Shown: positions 12,797 through 27,249, counted from the first letter of the whole stretch. The stretch: 63,431 nt of DNA, filler included, from Octopus bimaculoides (GCF_001194135.2; 8 parts of 7 records of this genome joined end to end with filler, not necessarily neighbours in it); one strand, 5' to 3'. Notes: generated by a model from the sequence alone, not told the origin. Made by a program: numbers and translations.

Positions 12797-13476
12797 TCAC
12801 ACACACACACACTTGCACACACACTTGCACACACACATATATAAACACATATTATGTACACACACACACATATATGTATATATATGTGTATATATGTACG
12901 CACATGCATACAGACACATATTATCTCTGCCCCACATACACACACATTCAGATCACACGAGAAGATACCAATGTATTAACACACACACGCACACACACTC
13001 ACACTCACACACACAAACACACACACACACGCACACACACACATACATATTTACATACATATACACATGCATATATATGTATGTATGTATATGTATGTAA
13101 GTACGTGCATGTATATGTATATGTGTGTATATATATATATATATAGATGCACACACACGAATATATTAATTCGGAGTCTATTGTGATAGCAAAATCAATA
13201 TCTCACCACAGGATATTACATAGATATAATGAACTATCCAAACAATGGACTCTCCCCATAATGGAAGAAACCTAGTATCAAAATGACCATATTTTGGTGA
13301 TTAAACTGTTTGCAAATCGTCAAATACGCATTTAATGACAACGACGAAGTCATATCGATTGTTATACAGGCTCTCGGTACAAGCACACTTACAGAAACAC
13401 GCATATGCAGAAAATGTTACACTTGCACACATTGATAGACATATTTCTTCACACCATGTGCCTATGCGTCCTTTTG

Positions 13477-13537
<61 letters not shown>

Positions 13538-14009
13538 NNNNNNNNNNNNNNNNNNNNNNNNNNNNNNNNNNNNNNNNNNNNNNNNNNNNNNNNNNNNNNN
13601 NNNNNNNNNNNNNNNNNNNNNNNNNNNNNNNNNNNNNNNNNNNNNNNNNNNNNNNNNNNNNNNNNNNNNNNNNNNNNNNNNNNNNNNNNNNNNNNNNNNN
13701 NNNNNNNNNNNNNNNNNNNNNNNNNNNNNNNNNNNNNNNNNNNNNNNNNNNNNNNNNNNNNNNNNNNNNNNNNNNNNNNNNNNNNNNNNNNNNNNNNNNN
13801 NNNNNNNNNNNNNNNNNNNNNNNNNNNNNNNNNNNNNNNNNNNNNNNNNNNNNNNNNNNNNNNNNNNNNNNNNNNNNNNNNNNNNNNNNNNNNNNNNNNN
13901 NNNNNNNNNNNNNNNNNNNNNNNNNNNNNNNNNNNNNNNNNNNNNNNNNNNNNNNNNNNNNNNNNNNNNNNNNNNNNNNNTGTGTGTGTGTGTGTGTGTG
14001 TGTGTGTTT

Positions 14010-14220
14010 GTTTATGTGTCTGTGTATGTCCCCCCAACATCGCTTGACAACTGATGGTGGTGTGTTTACGTCCCCGTCACTTAACAGTTCGGCAAAAGAG
14101 ATCGATAGAATAAGTACTAGGCTTCCAAAGAATAAGTTCTGGGGTTGATTTGCTCGACTAAAGGCGGTGCTTCAGCATGACCGCAGTTAAGTGACTGAAA
14201 CAAGTAAAATAGTAAAATAG
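14010..14220 (+). mobile_element. SINE family A, 3' half
   Basis: CATCGCTTGACAAC...GATAGAATAAGTACTAGG...GACTGAAACAAGTAAAATAGTAAAATAG. Confidence 0.8.
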
Positions 14221-15102
14221 AGTATATATGTATATATATATATATATATATGTAGATGCATGTGTTTATATGTATATATGCACGTGTATACATGCACATT
14301 CATGTGTATTTGTGTTTGTGTGTGCATGTGTATGTGAATGTACGAAATAAGTGTGTGTGTGTGAGTGTAAGTGTGTCATTGAAAATGTGATTATTGTTTT
14401 TTGCATGACTATGTTTATTTGTGTATATGTATATGTATATGCGTGTGTATATATGTGTAGATGTGCGCATACTTACATATGTGTTGTTTACATGTATGTG
14501 TATGCATGTGTACAAACGCGGATACGACTCTGTACACATGTTTGCGCATGTGTGTAAATGACTGCGTGCATGTCAACGACAGGAAGTGTGCCGAAACCCG
14601 TGTATACAACACGTACACACACACACACAGGCGCCGCCCCCACAGACACACGCATACGCATACACACAGACATATACAATATCTTTAAGAGTGTACGAGC
14701 GCCAATTCGTATACGTACCAATACGTTTCCTTATAAGCGTGCATGTGAATGTATAATTACATGAGATTACGTGTGCGTACACGCGTGTATGTATATGTAT
14801 ATGTGTCTGTACAAGTGTGTGAATGTGCGTGTGCAAAATGTATGTTTAATTATGCTGTTTTTCAGTACAATTCTATATATTTTCTCCATTTATAGGTGGC
14901 GCCATCGATAATGTAGCTACTGAAGCATAGTGTTTCTTTTTGTCAGTAACCTAGCAACGGAAATCTATCGATTTCTCCATCTTTTATTTTTGGTAATTAC
15001 TTTAATTGATTGCCAGGTTTACAGTGTTAAGATGTCGCTGTCGTATCGACTTTTACTTTGATTTCCTCTCCTCAAGTGCTCACCTGCGCCTAATTATCTT
15101 AC

Positions 15103-15216
15103 AAACAGTACGGCATAACGGACATCTAAGTGTTCCGATAAGTTCCACTCAAGGTCTTGAATCTGCTTGGATATTATCACTCGATCTTTGTAGTAGGTTT
15201 CATGAGACATTCGAAT
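15103..15216 (-). CDS. Candidate internal exon (IRMSHETYYKDRVIISKQIQDLEWNLSEHLDVRYAVLF), unknown protein
   Basis: Acceptor TTTTAGATTTAG, donor TTT|GTAAGA, 114 nt, phase 0-0, open for 38 codons, non-repetitive; no homologue recognised. Confidence 0.4.
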
Positions 15217-15264
15217 CTAAATCTAAAAGATTCGGTCAACGGATACAAAAATCTCTAACACGGA

Positions 15265-15617
15265 ATGAATCGACTCTAGCACTCATTATTTTAAGCCTGG
15301 AACTTATTCTATCGGCGTCTTTTGCCGAACTGCTAAGTTACGGAGACGTAAACACACAAGCACCAGCTGTCAAGCGGTGGTGGGCGACAATCACAGACAG
15401 ACAGACAGACAGACACGCACACACACACACGCACACATACACACACAAACACAGAGAGACAGACACACACATACATACACACACGACAAGCTTCTTTCAG
15501 TTTCCGTCTAGCAAATCCATTCACGAGGTTTTGGTTGGCCCGGGGATATAGTAGAAGACACTTACCCAAGGTGCAACGTAGTGGGATTGAACCCAGAACC
15601 ATGTGGTTGAGAGGCAA
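15265..15617 (-). mobile_element. SINE family A
   Basis: Reverse complement colinear with the 37195-37566 copy, including the internal CA/TG tract. Confidence 0.85.
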
Positions 15618-16136
15618 ATTTTTTTCATTTTTTTTTTTTTTTTTTCATCTTTTATCTTTATATTGCAGCGAAATGGCAGAATCGTTTGCGCGTCAGAAAA
15701 ATTGCTTAGCGGCATTTATTCCGGCGTGTTCCCGTTTATTTCACATTTCCTCTTCAGATAACTATTGCACCGACCAAGTACTAAGATCAAATTTTATACC
15801 AACCGTTCGTTTTGGCCGTGTAACTAAACTAACAACCCTTATTATCGCCGAGTGAAAGGTTGAAGTATTGTAGGGTAACATCCTCATTTTCTTTTGGTCT
15901 ATGGAATGCGTACCGTACAGTGGTGAAGAACTTTATAGTCATATTTCTAGCTTTGAGCCTGTCTACGAAATTCTTATACATGCGTAAACCGCATTAAGGA
16001 TGACGTTCACAAAGATCTAGCGTTACAGTCAAGTTCCGTAACTTGAAATATACTTCACTAGCGTGACCCGTGAATATTTCATGGAAAATAACGGTAAACT
16101 TATTGGGTCATTTCTGAAAACTTTATCCAAAAATAC

Positions 16137-16160
16137 CTGAAAGCGTAGCCCGTGTTGTGC
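16137..16160 (-). CDS. Candidate 24-nt micro-exon (AQHGLRFQ if phase 0)
   Basis: Strong acceptor CTTTTGTGTCTTTTGATACAG and donor CAG|GTATTT; phase-compatible with 15216-15103. Confidence 0.2.
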
Positions 16161-16469
16161 CTGTATCAAAAGACACAAAAGATAGTCGCTCATCTGCTTC
16201 TCATTGAAAATGAAGGAAATTAGAATACGATGATTACTTGATGCACTTTATATATATATACACTTTATATACTTTATGCACAATTTTATAGATTTTTCTC
16301 TCACTCTTCGCCTTATCCTCTTTTCTCTCTCCTTTCTCTTTCACTCTTCGCTTTTCCCTTCAACTAATCATGTGAAAGCGTTACAGACGGGCTAAGTAAC
16401 GGAGTAAAAAACTTAGTCCCCCCTCCCCCCCCAAAAAAAATTACACATTTCACTTGCCATCATCTTTAA

Positions 16470-16715
16470 TGTAAACAAACCAACACCAGTTGTCAAGTGG
16501 TGGTGGTGGTGGTGGTGGGGGAATAACACAAAGACATTCTCCCCTCACACATACATGATGGGCTTCTTTTAGTTTCCGTCTAACAAATCCACTCACAAGT
16601 CTTTTGGTCGACGTAAGGCTATAGTAGAAGACACTTGCTCAAAGTGCTACGCATTGGAACTGAACCCATAACCATGTGGTTGGAAAGGAAACTTCTAAAC
16701 CATACAGCCACGCCT
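16470..16715 (-). mobile_element. SINE family A, partial
   Basis: Reverse complement matches the family A head and mid-body. Confidence 0.8.
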
Positions 16716-17066
16716 GAACCAATATCAACGTAGATATATGCATATATAAGGAAAATTACATTAATTTATGCAAATATACGGGTAGCAAAGTTTGTACTTT
16801 CTCAGATGACAGACATACAGCCTTGGGTCTCATATTACGCACCTAAGTACGTCTATAGTCTAACGCCTTATATAAACACAGGGAACTCCCCCAAAGCTTT
16901 TGTCCTCTTAGAAACTCTCTCTGTTTCTCTATCTCTCAACCTTTCTCTGTCTGTCTATCTGTCTGTCTCCTTCTCAAAATTACCATTTATAAATATATTA
17001 ATATAGACATATGTTAGAAGATAATGGACAAGGTCTGGCTAAATACTCACCGGCCCATTTACATAA

Positions 17067-17113
<47 letters not shown>

Positions 17114-17329
17114 TTATGTATCTATCTAAGTGCATGCTTGTGTATATGTATATCCGAATTAATTCTCTAGGTCTTCGGTAATAATAATCATTCTTTGTTT
17201 ATGCTTCTTGCACTGAGGAGAACAGTGATAATTAATTAAATTCAATCAGATTAATTTAATTATTTACATGTTAATATCGCTGTTTGAAACGATCCTATGC
17301 ATGTATTAAAATTCTTTCAAATCTCAGTA

Positions 17330-17421
<92 letters not shown>

Positions 17422-18062
17422 GCTATTTAGCTATACTTACATCATTAAACCCACTCTCAGACACATTCATTTACTTACACACACGTATTCCTATATGATT
17501 GTTAACTCTGTTAACTAGTCACTGAAGAAAGTGCATATGCATGCATGTGTGTGTGTTTGTGTGTGTGTATGTGTGTGTGTATGTGTGTGTGTATACATAC
17601 TTATAAATAGCTGTAGTTTAGTACACTGTAATGCCGTCAACTGTTAGAATACAATCGCTACAGGCGACAGACTGCATCGTGTGATTTTGTGATAATTACA
17701 CAATTCCCTAATCTAGAATTCAAAAAAGAAAAAAAAGAAAAAAGGAAATAAAACAGAATAAAATAAAATTCTTTCTTCTTCGTTGAAGGAAGCGGAAGCT
17801 TTGAATAACTCCTGATGCATTCTGGGTCGTAGGTATGCTTCAACCTGACTAAACCTATCAACGAATTCAAAGATCGAAGGAATAAATTAGCAGTCGAGTA
17901 CGAAAGAACAGCAGACGAATATCAGTAAAATCCGCTGTTCACCTCGGGAAGACACTCCATCCATGACCATCTCTGTTGTCTGGAGCTCATACTACGTTTC
18001 GTGATCAGTGTTCATCTACAGAAGGGGGCTAAGTGCTTTACCAGTGTGTGGACATTCTAATA

Positions 18063-18222
18063 CAACCATTCTATTCCGTTATACTATACACAAGAACCAT
18101 TGTAACGTTGAATAACCTGTGTCCTATAGAAGATGCATTGTCCTATTGAATAACCATTGCCCGATTGAATATCTATTGTACTATTATAGCCATTGTCCCT
18201 TTAGAACAATGTACTATAGATG
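18063..18222 (+). repeat. Degenerate minisatellite, unit about 19 bp (AACCATTGTCCTATTGAAT-like)
   Basis: About 8 imperfect units read by eye. Confidence 0.55.
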
Positions 18223-18521
18223 GCGATTAATGTATTGTGAATGCGTTAATGGGCTGATTTATATATATGGAAATAAGGTGAACACCGACATACGTTGGTT
18301 AAACAAATATGGCAGCTTTTTACGTTTAACTAACATATCTACTCTGTTCTTTAATAATGGATTAAGCACACACAATGCCAACACACTCGCTCATGCACAC
18401 ATACATGCCGACAGACGCCTACGAACAGTTACATAGAGACACATACACACGCACACATATACAGGCACAGATATTTCTACACATGTATGTCTGTATATAT
18501 GTTTGTATGTACGTATGTATG

Positions 18522-18568
<47 letters not shown>

Positions 18569-18892
18569 NNNNNNNNNNNNNNNNNNNNNNNNNNNNNNNN
18601 NNNNNNNNNNNNNNNNNNNNNNNNNNNNNNNNNNNNNNNNNNNNNNNNNNNNNNNNNNNNNNNNNNNNNNNNNNNNNNNNNNNNNNNNNNNNNNNNNNNN
18701 NNNNNNNNNNNNNNNNNNNNNNNNNNNNNNNNNNNNNNNNNNNNNNNNNNNNNNNNNNNNNNNNNNNNNNNNNNNNNNNNNNNNNNNNNNNNNNNNNNNN
18801 NNNNNNNNNNNNNNNNNNNNNNNNNNNNNNNNNNNNNNNNNNNNNNNNNNNNNNNNNNNNNNNNNNNNNNNNNNNNNNNNNNNNNNNNNNNN

Positions 18893-18927
<35 letters not shown>

Positions 18928-19301
18928 GTATGTGTGTGTGTGTGTGTGTATGTATGTATGAACGTATATACGTATGTATGTATATATGTACGTATGTCTT
19001 ATGTATATATGTATATTCGATTATAATACAATCAGAAATCACTATATTGATATAAATGCGCATATAAATCGACGTTCACATACAAGCTGTTTAAGTGTGA
19101 GTATATACAGATATGTGTATATATGCACATATGTGTGTGTGTGTGTATGTGCGTATATGCATGCATATATTTACATATATTAGATGAATGTGTATGTTTG
19201 CGAATGACCGCATTTGATGAAGTGTTAATTGCTACATAATTAATAACGATGTGCTGGACATTAAGTAAGGTCAGATCACTGTCTGTAGTCGTCTCTAACA
19301 A

Positions 19302-19428
19302 ATGGCGGTTGCTCCCTCTTCACAGATAATTACCGTCTCCTTGTGCTTCCTAACTGTCAATGGCATTTCTGACTTTCCAACCGTGATCTCTCAGCTGACT
19401 ATTAAGTCCCGTTGCACTTCTGCATATG
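19302..19428 (+). CDS. Candidate first coding exon with signal-peptide-like N-terminus (MAVAPSSQIITVSLCFLTVNGISDFPTVISQLTIKSRCTSAY)
   Basis: AAATGGCG start context, 42 open codons, hydrophobic stretch, donor ATG|GTATGA. An in-frame acceptor at 19325/19326 offers an internal-exon alternative. Confidence 0.3.
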
Positions 19429-19479
19429 GTATGATGCATAGATAACAGACCAAAGTTGCAACTTACTGTGCGCCTCCAA

Positions 19480-20344
<865 letters not shown>

Positions 20345-20989
20345 AAACTTGAGGGGATAGGCCCCTTAGATACTAACATGGGGCCCTATATATCGATTCT
20401 AATGGCGCAGGGGCCCACGTGCCATCGGGCAAGCTGGTAACCTGGTCAGCCCGCCACTCTATTTATATATATGTATTTGTATATGCACTTGTGACGGACC
20501 AGCGTCCCGTCAAGGGAGAAAACCAAGAAGCTTGCCCTATGAGTCTATGTAGATTGAGAAGGACATCTATTTTTTTTATATATATGCATATTTATATGTA
20601 TATGTTTGTATTATACGAGCGTGTATATGTTAGAAGTAGAAGGGAGAGAGAGAGAGAGAGAGGAGATAGATTGATAGATCGAGAGAGAGAGAGAGAGAGA
20701 AAGAGAGACATATAGTGTGAGAGAAGAGGAGGAAGAGTGAAATGGAAAGACGATGTAGGACGAAGAAGGCGGTATAGAATGACTAAATGACTACCAGCGA
20801 AGACCTAGTTATTAACTAGGTTCAATGACTCGCGTCAACACTAAGCTTCAATAAAAAGTTTCAGTAGCAATATTTAGTTGTGAAGATCAATATCCAAAGT
20901 ATCTTTCTTAGAAAATCTGTTTCCCAACATGCAATTAGCCATTCTTTAATTACATATTTACAGAAATTATAAAAAAATAATCTTAAGGT

Positions 20990-21178
20990 AAGCGTTAATG
21001 CGTTAATGCGACATTTCTTCCGACATTGTATTCTGAGTTCAATTGCTGCCGGGGTCGACTTTACCTTCCATCCTTTCAGGGTCGATAAAATAAGTACCAG
21101 TTGAACACTCGGATAAATGTAACCGACTTACCCCTACTCCGAAATTGCTAGCCTTGCGCCAAATTTGAAACTAATATT
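20990..21178 (+). mobile_element. SINE family B
   Basis: TTCTGAGTTCAATT...GGGGTCGACTTTACCTTCCATCC...GTCGATAAAATAAGTACCAG. Confidence 0.8.
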
Positions 21179-21217
21179 AGGGTAAAGTTTATCCCTTGTA
21201 TTCTTTTGTTTTTTTTA

Positions 21218-21599
21218 ATTGTTTCTGTCATTTGATTGCGACCATGCTGGAGCACCGCTTTAAAGATATTTAGTCGAACAAATCGACTACAGGAGGTATT
21301 TTTCTAAGGCTTTGTACTTATTTTATTGGTCTTTTTGCCGGACCAACCCAGTTACGGGGACGTAAACAGACCAACACAGGTTGCCACCAACACAGAAACA
21401 AAACCACACATATAGATATATACATATATATATGCGAAGGGTTTCTTTTCAGTTTCCATCTACCAAATCCACTCAAAAGGCTTTGGCCGGCCCGAGGCTA
21501 TAGTAGAAGACACTTGTCCAAGGTGCCACGCAGTGGGACTGAACCCGGAACCATGTGGATCGTAAGCAAGCTTCTTAACACACAGCTACGCCTGCGCCT
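21218..21599 (-). mobile_element. SINE family A, full length
   Basis: Reverse complement colinear with the family A copies. Confidence 0.85.
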
Positions 21600-21640
21600 G
21601 TGTATTCAATAAAATGTTTTTATTTAAATATATTTGTTGT

Positions 21641-22008
21641 TGGCACTCCGTCGCTTACGACGTCGAGGGTTCCAGTTGATCCGATCAACGGAACAGCCTG
21701 CTCATGAAATTAACGTGCAAGTGGCTGAGCACTCCACAGACACGTGTACCCTTAACGTAGTTCTCGGGGATATTCAGCGTGACACAGTGTGACAAGGCTG
21801 ACCCTTTGGAATTACAGGCACAACAGAAACAGGAAGTAAGAGTGAGAGAAAGTTGTGGTGAAAGAGCACAGCAGGGTTCGCCACAATCTCCTGCCGGAGC
21901 CTCGTGGAGTTTTAGGTGTTTTCGCTCAATAAACACTCACAACGCCCGGTCTGGGAATCGAAACCGCGATCCTATGACCGCGAGTCCGCTGACCTAAACA
22001 CTGGGCCA
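21641..22008 (-). mobile_element. SINE family D (distinct tRNA-like head and middle, 3' half shared with family C)
   Basis: Head TGGCCCAGTGTTTAGG...GGTTTCGATTCCC; 21641-21815 is colinear with the family C 3' half. Confidence 0.8.
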
Positions 22009-22101
22009 NNNNNNNNNNNNNNNNNNNNNNNNNNNNNNNNNNNNNNNNNNNNNNNNNNNNNNNNNNNNNNNNNNNNNNNNNNNNNNNNNNNNNNNNNNNN
22101 T

Positions 22102-22148
<47 letters not shown>

Positions 22149-22149
22149 A

Positions 22150-22187
<38 letters not shown>

Positions 22188-22550
22188 GATAAATAGACAG
22201 GCTGACAGATATGTAGAGAGAGAGACACCCACACAAATAAACGCATATTGGAGATAAAGAAATAAATAGATATATATATGGCTATATTGAGAGAAAAAGA
22301 AGGAATGAGAGAAAGAGTAAAAGAAAAATGTAAAGACGATGAAAGATGCAATGAGCGACGGTTGCCTAGTGACCACACGATAAACCTTTAGTAACAGATA
22401 ACTGGAGTGAATTCGTTAAATTAAAACTGCCATCACAGTGGTGGATTGTTGGCGGGAAAATTCTAGCGTGGGAGTGAGAAAGTGAAAGTATGAGTCGGAA
22501 GTTGAGAGAGAGAGCGAAAGAGAGAGAGAGAAAGAGAGAGAGAGAGATAA

Positions 22551-22584
<34 letters not shown>

Positions 22585-22944
22585 AGAGAAAGAGAGAGAG
22601 AGGGGGACGGAGATAGATAGAGGGAGAGAGATGGAAAGAGACAGAGATAGAGAGAGAAATGGAGAAAGAGTGGAAGAGTACCTTGACTACCTCATATCCA
22701 TGCATACACACATATACACACATACATATATACATACATATATACATACATACATACATATATACATACATAGAGACGTACACACCTACATAGGTATGTG
22801 TGTGTGTCTCTCTGTGCATGTGTGTGTACGTGTGTGTGTGTGTGTGTGTTGGAACCGCCACTGCTAATTCTTCTGTTTCGTTCCTTTATATTTGTTGTTG
22901 TGGCTGCTGTTATTTTTGGTTCGCTCCAAGTCAGATCTAAGCCC

Positions 22945-23160
22945 AAGCACCTTGGGCAAGTGTCTTCTACAATAGCCTCAGGCCGACCAAAGCCTCGTGA
23001 AATGATTTAGAAGATGGAAAGTGAAAAGAAGCCCGTCGTATATATATATGTATATATCTATATGTGTGTCATTGTTTTCTGTGTTAGTCCTCCATCACCG
23101 CTTGACAACCTACGTTGATGTGTTTACGTCCCTACAACTTACCGGTTCCAAGAGATCTAA
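22945..23160 (+). mobile_element. SINE family A, partial
   Basis: CACCTTGGGCAAGTGTCTTCTAC...CGCTTGACAACC. Confidence 0.75.
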
Positions 23161-23429
23161 GATCAAATACGTTCTATCGCCGTGACCACCCAACCGTTTT
23201 ACCTCTACGTACAGAATATCCCGTGAAGACTCGTGGCACAGAGGTTTGGGTGTGTAGTTTACGATCGTAAAATTCGTGGGTTCCATTCTAGGGTAGATTG
23301 GTACGTTGTGTTTGTGAGCAGGGGGACTTTTATAACATGTTGCTTGATACTCTTTAGCTGAAAACGAGTAAGTAAGCGTCAGTAACAGGAAGCAGTTTTG
23401 AATGGGGTTCAATCTCAGACTACAGATTA

Positions 23430-23652
23430 ACGGAATAGCCTGTTCGTGAAATTAACGTGCAAGGGACTGAACAGTCGTCTACAGACACGCGTACCCGTAA
23501 CGTAATTCTCACGGTGATTCAGCGTGACACAGAATGTGAACACCTCGTTTTCGTCACTGGAGCAACTTGAAATGAAGTGTCTTGGTCAAGGACAACGCGT
23601 CGCCGGGAATTGAACTCACGAATTTACGATCGTGAGCCGAATACCCTAGCCA
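23430..23652 (-). mobile_element. SINE family C with internal deletion
   Basis: Reverse complement matches the family C head and 3' body. Confidence 0.8.
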
Positions 23653-24122
23653 CTAAGCTACGCGCTTTCACAGTCAGTTAATCTAATGGTCAGTAAGAAA
23701 TACCGGATCACTCTGGTTGGGTCTCAGACCTTAGGCCAACAATAGGTCATGCTACTTAACAACAATAGGAGCGAGGTCAACGTTGTTGAGTTCCACTCTA
23801 CTGTCCACCAATCAGTTCACTCATCTCCCTTGTAAATCCCAGATCAATGGGGGTGAGGGGGTGGGAGTCAGCCACAGATCACGGTCCAACAATCATTCTA
23901 ATAATGTAATTGATGTTTTCGTTGTTTAGTCCTAGATCAGCTATGACCAAGACGATCCCTCGACATACTAGACACAGTAGCCAAATCTCCCTCAAACAAA
24001 CACCTTGAATAGGACAATGTACAAAAAGATATACAAAATGACATGATGGTCGTGGCAGGAAAAGACCTGGCTAATTTGGTGTTAAACAATGGCTATTGCC
24101 ACAATATCTATCTATCCATTAT

Positions 24123-24162
<40 letters not shown>

Positions 24163-24224
24163 ATCCATCCATCCATCTCTCTCTCTGTCTGGCTGTCTCT
24201 CCCCCTCTCTCTCTCCCTATATAT

Positions 24225-24345
<121 letters not shown>

Positions 24346-25370
24346 ATTTCTTTGCCGCCTTTCATGAATATTTCCCTCTTCCCCGTTCCTCCTCTTCTCC
24401 TCCTCCGTCTCTCCATCATCTTCCATCCCACCATCTCTATCCATCTGGCACACATCGACCAACATGTCTGTTCCATTGTTCACTCAGTCCACCAATAATT
24501 ACAGTGAATGTCAGTAAAATCGAAAATCTCTTTAACCACATAAATACCTTCGTCAGGTAACAACAATAATCTTTGTAGACATCTGCAAACGTCTTATATT
24601 GTATTCATCTACGTTTTCCCTTTTCCTGCTACACCACTATACTAGGTCACTCCATCACTGCATCGCTATCGTTGCTGATACCACTGCCGCTACCATACCC
24701 ACCACCAACACCAACATCACCACCACCACCACCACCACCGCCACCACCACCGACACCACCACCATTACGATGACGACGAGAACGACNNNNNNNNNNNNNN
24801 NNNNNNNNNNNNNNNNNNNNNNNNNNNNNNNNNNNNNNNNNNNNNNNNNNNNNNNNNNNNNNNNNNNNNNNNNNNNNNNNNNNNNNNNNNNNNNNNNNNN
24901 NNNNNNNNNNNNNNNNNNNNNNNNNNNNNNNNNNNNNNNNNNNNNNNNNNNNNNNNNNNNNNNNNNNNNNNNNNNNNNNNNNNNNNNNNNNNNNNNNNNN
25001 NNNNNNNNNNNNNNNNNNNNNNNNNNNNNNNNNNNNNNNNNNNNNNNNNNNNNNNNNNNNNNNNNNNNNNNNNNNNNNNNNNNNNNNNNNNNNNNNNNNN
25101 NNNNNNNNNNNNNNNNNNNNNNNNNNNNNNNNNNNNNNNNNNNNNNNNNNNNNNNNNNNNNNNNNNNNNNNNNNNNNNNNNNNNNNNNNNNNNNNNNNNN
25201 NNNNNNNNNNNNNNNNNNNNNNNNNNNNNNNNNNNNNNNNNNNNNNNNNNNNNNNNNNNNNNNNNNNNNNNNNNNNNNNNNNNNNNNNNNNNNNNNNNNN
25301 NNNNNNNNNNNNNNNNNNNNNNNNNNNNNNNNNNNNNNNNNNNNNNNNNNNNNNNNNNNNNNNNNNNNAC

Positions 25371-25748
25371 ATGGACTCGGGTTCAGTCCCACTGTGTGGC
25401 ACTTTGGGCAAGTGTCTTCTGCTATAACCTTAGGCCGACCAAAGCCTTGTTAGTGGATTTGGTAGACGGAAACTGAAAGAAGGCCGTCGTATATATGTAT
25501 ATATATATGTATATATGTATGTGTGTGTATATGTTTGTGTGTCTGTGTTTGTCGCCCCAACATCGCTTGACAACCGATGCTGGTGTGTTTAGGTCCCCGT
25601 AACCTAGCGGTTCGGCAAAGGAGCCCGATAGAATAAGTACTAGGCTTACAAAGAATAAGTCATGGGGTCGATTTGATTCGACTAAAAAGCGGTGCTCCAG
25701 CATGGCCGCAGTCAAATGACTGAAACAAGTAAAAGAGTAAAAGAGTAA
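25371..25748 (+). mobile_element. SINE family A (head cut by gap)
   Basis: Colinear with 37195-37566; (AAGAGTAA)n tail. Confidence 0.85.
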
Positions 25749-26387
25749 AACAATAATGGTGTACTCATCAGTTAGTGCTTCTTCCTACTCTTCTGTTTAT
25801 GAAAAACAAAATGTGTGTCACTGTCTTCTTTACATTTTCCTGCATAAATTCCTCGGGCAAAGAAGCACTTACTTTTGTTACGTACATTTTCCACGCTTCT
25901 TCTTTTGTCTGGATTTGACTGATGCCTAAATTTCCTTTAAGCTTGCAACGCTTGCAAAAAGAAAAAAAATGAGCTATTGTTGTTGTTAATGCTGTTGTTG
26001 AAGTCGTCGTACAAGTTTGTATTTGCCTTCGTCTCGAAATGCGACTGTCCATGTTTATAAGAGCGCCTGCTTGGTTTGTTTCAATGTGATTATTTTATGA
26101 TGAACTTATCATTTTTTAAATCGCCTTCTGTCATCTCAAAACTGGTGTGTGAGTAGTCACTACTACTATGTTTTGTAGATAAAAATCAACTCTCGCAAAG
26201 CTCACCATATTGAATTGCTAATAAACAAACCAAAATAAGAATGTCTGCAAGAATTATATACATATACATATATACACATATACATATATACATATACGTA
26301 CATATATATATGTATGTATATATATGCATGTAAATATATAAGTATATATATACTTATATATATTCTTATATATATGTATTTGTATAT

Positions 26388-26432
<45 letters not shown>

Positions 26433-26691
26433 NNNNNNNNNNNNNNNNNNNNNNNNNNNNNNNNNNNNNNNNNNNNNNNNNNNNNNNNNNNNNNNNNNNN
26501 NNNNNNNNNNNNNNNNNNNNNNNNNNNNNNNNNNNNNNNNNNNNNNNNNNNNNNNNNNNNNNNNNNNNNNNNNNNNNNNNNNNNNNNNNNNNNNNNNNNN
26601 NNNNNNNNNNNNNNNNNNNNNNNNNNNNNNNNNNNNNNNNNNNNNNNNNNNNCGGATGAAATACCGCAAAGCGTTTCACCCGCTCGCCGCC

Positions 26692-26692
<1 letters not shown>

Positions 26693-26778
<86 letters not shown>

Positions 26779-26792
26779 GTGATAATAATGAT
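26693..26792 (+). repeat. (TAA)n grading into (TGA)n microsatellite
   Basis: Direct reading. Confidence 0.9.
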
Positions 26793-27249
26793 GCTTCATA
26801 ACGAATACTGTATTTCCTTCAGACAACAGGACATTGCAAGCAATGAAGCTGAAAAGATCTCGCAACATGTTGAATTAAAAAAGAAAATTCCAATGTTCTC
26901 TCTCTGCATGCGTTATTTTGGAAGAATGAAAGTTGGAAGAAGGCACTTGCTCTTTCGTTGGTCAGGCTGAACGTGGATCATAAGGGCTCTTTACTGGCCC
27001 TTAGAAGTCATTCTGCATCAGGAGGACTGCATCGTCCCCTGTTTTTATACAACGTACATTTTTGATCGCATTCGTTTCGTCTTCTCTCAGTTGATTTCTT
27101 TGTAAACCCCCCAACACTTTATGGAACCCGACTTTATAATGTCCCCATTTGTTCGACGCACCCCTGCAGTAAATACAAGAAATCATTACAGTCCTCTACC
27201 TCTCTCCTCCTCCTCATCTTCATCACCACCGCTTGCCTCTCATCCTCTC

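Noticed and set aside
17975-18030. Minus-strand CTGTAGA...GAAACGTA hammerhead-like string
   Set aside because: Core mutated, stem II poor and no stem I pairing.
25768-26052. 94-aa ORF with TKEEAWKMYVTK and a GTAAGT donor (faint acyl-CoA-binding-protein-like ring)
   Set aside because: Similarity too short and spacing wrong; no supporting neighbouring exons.
27001-27186. Possible Tc1-like transposase C-terminal remnant
   Set aside because: Only a weak .GGHF-like resemblance; no TIR or catalytic motif seen.
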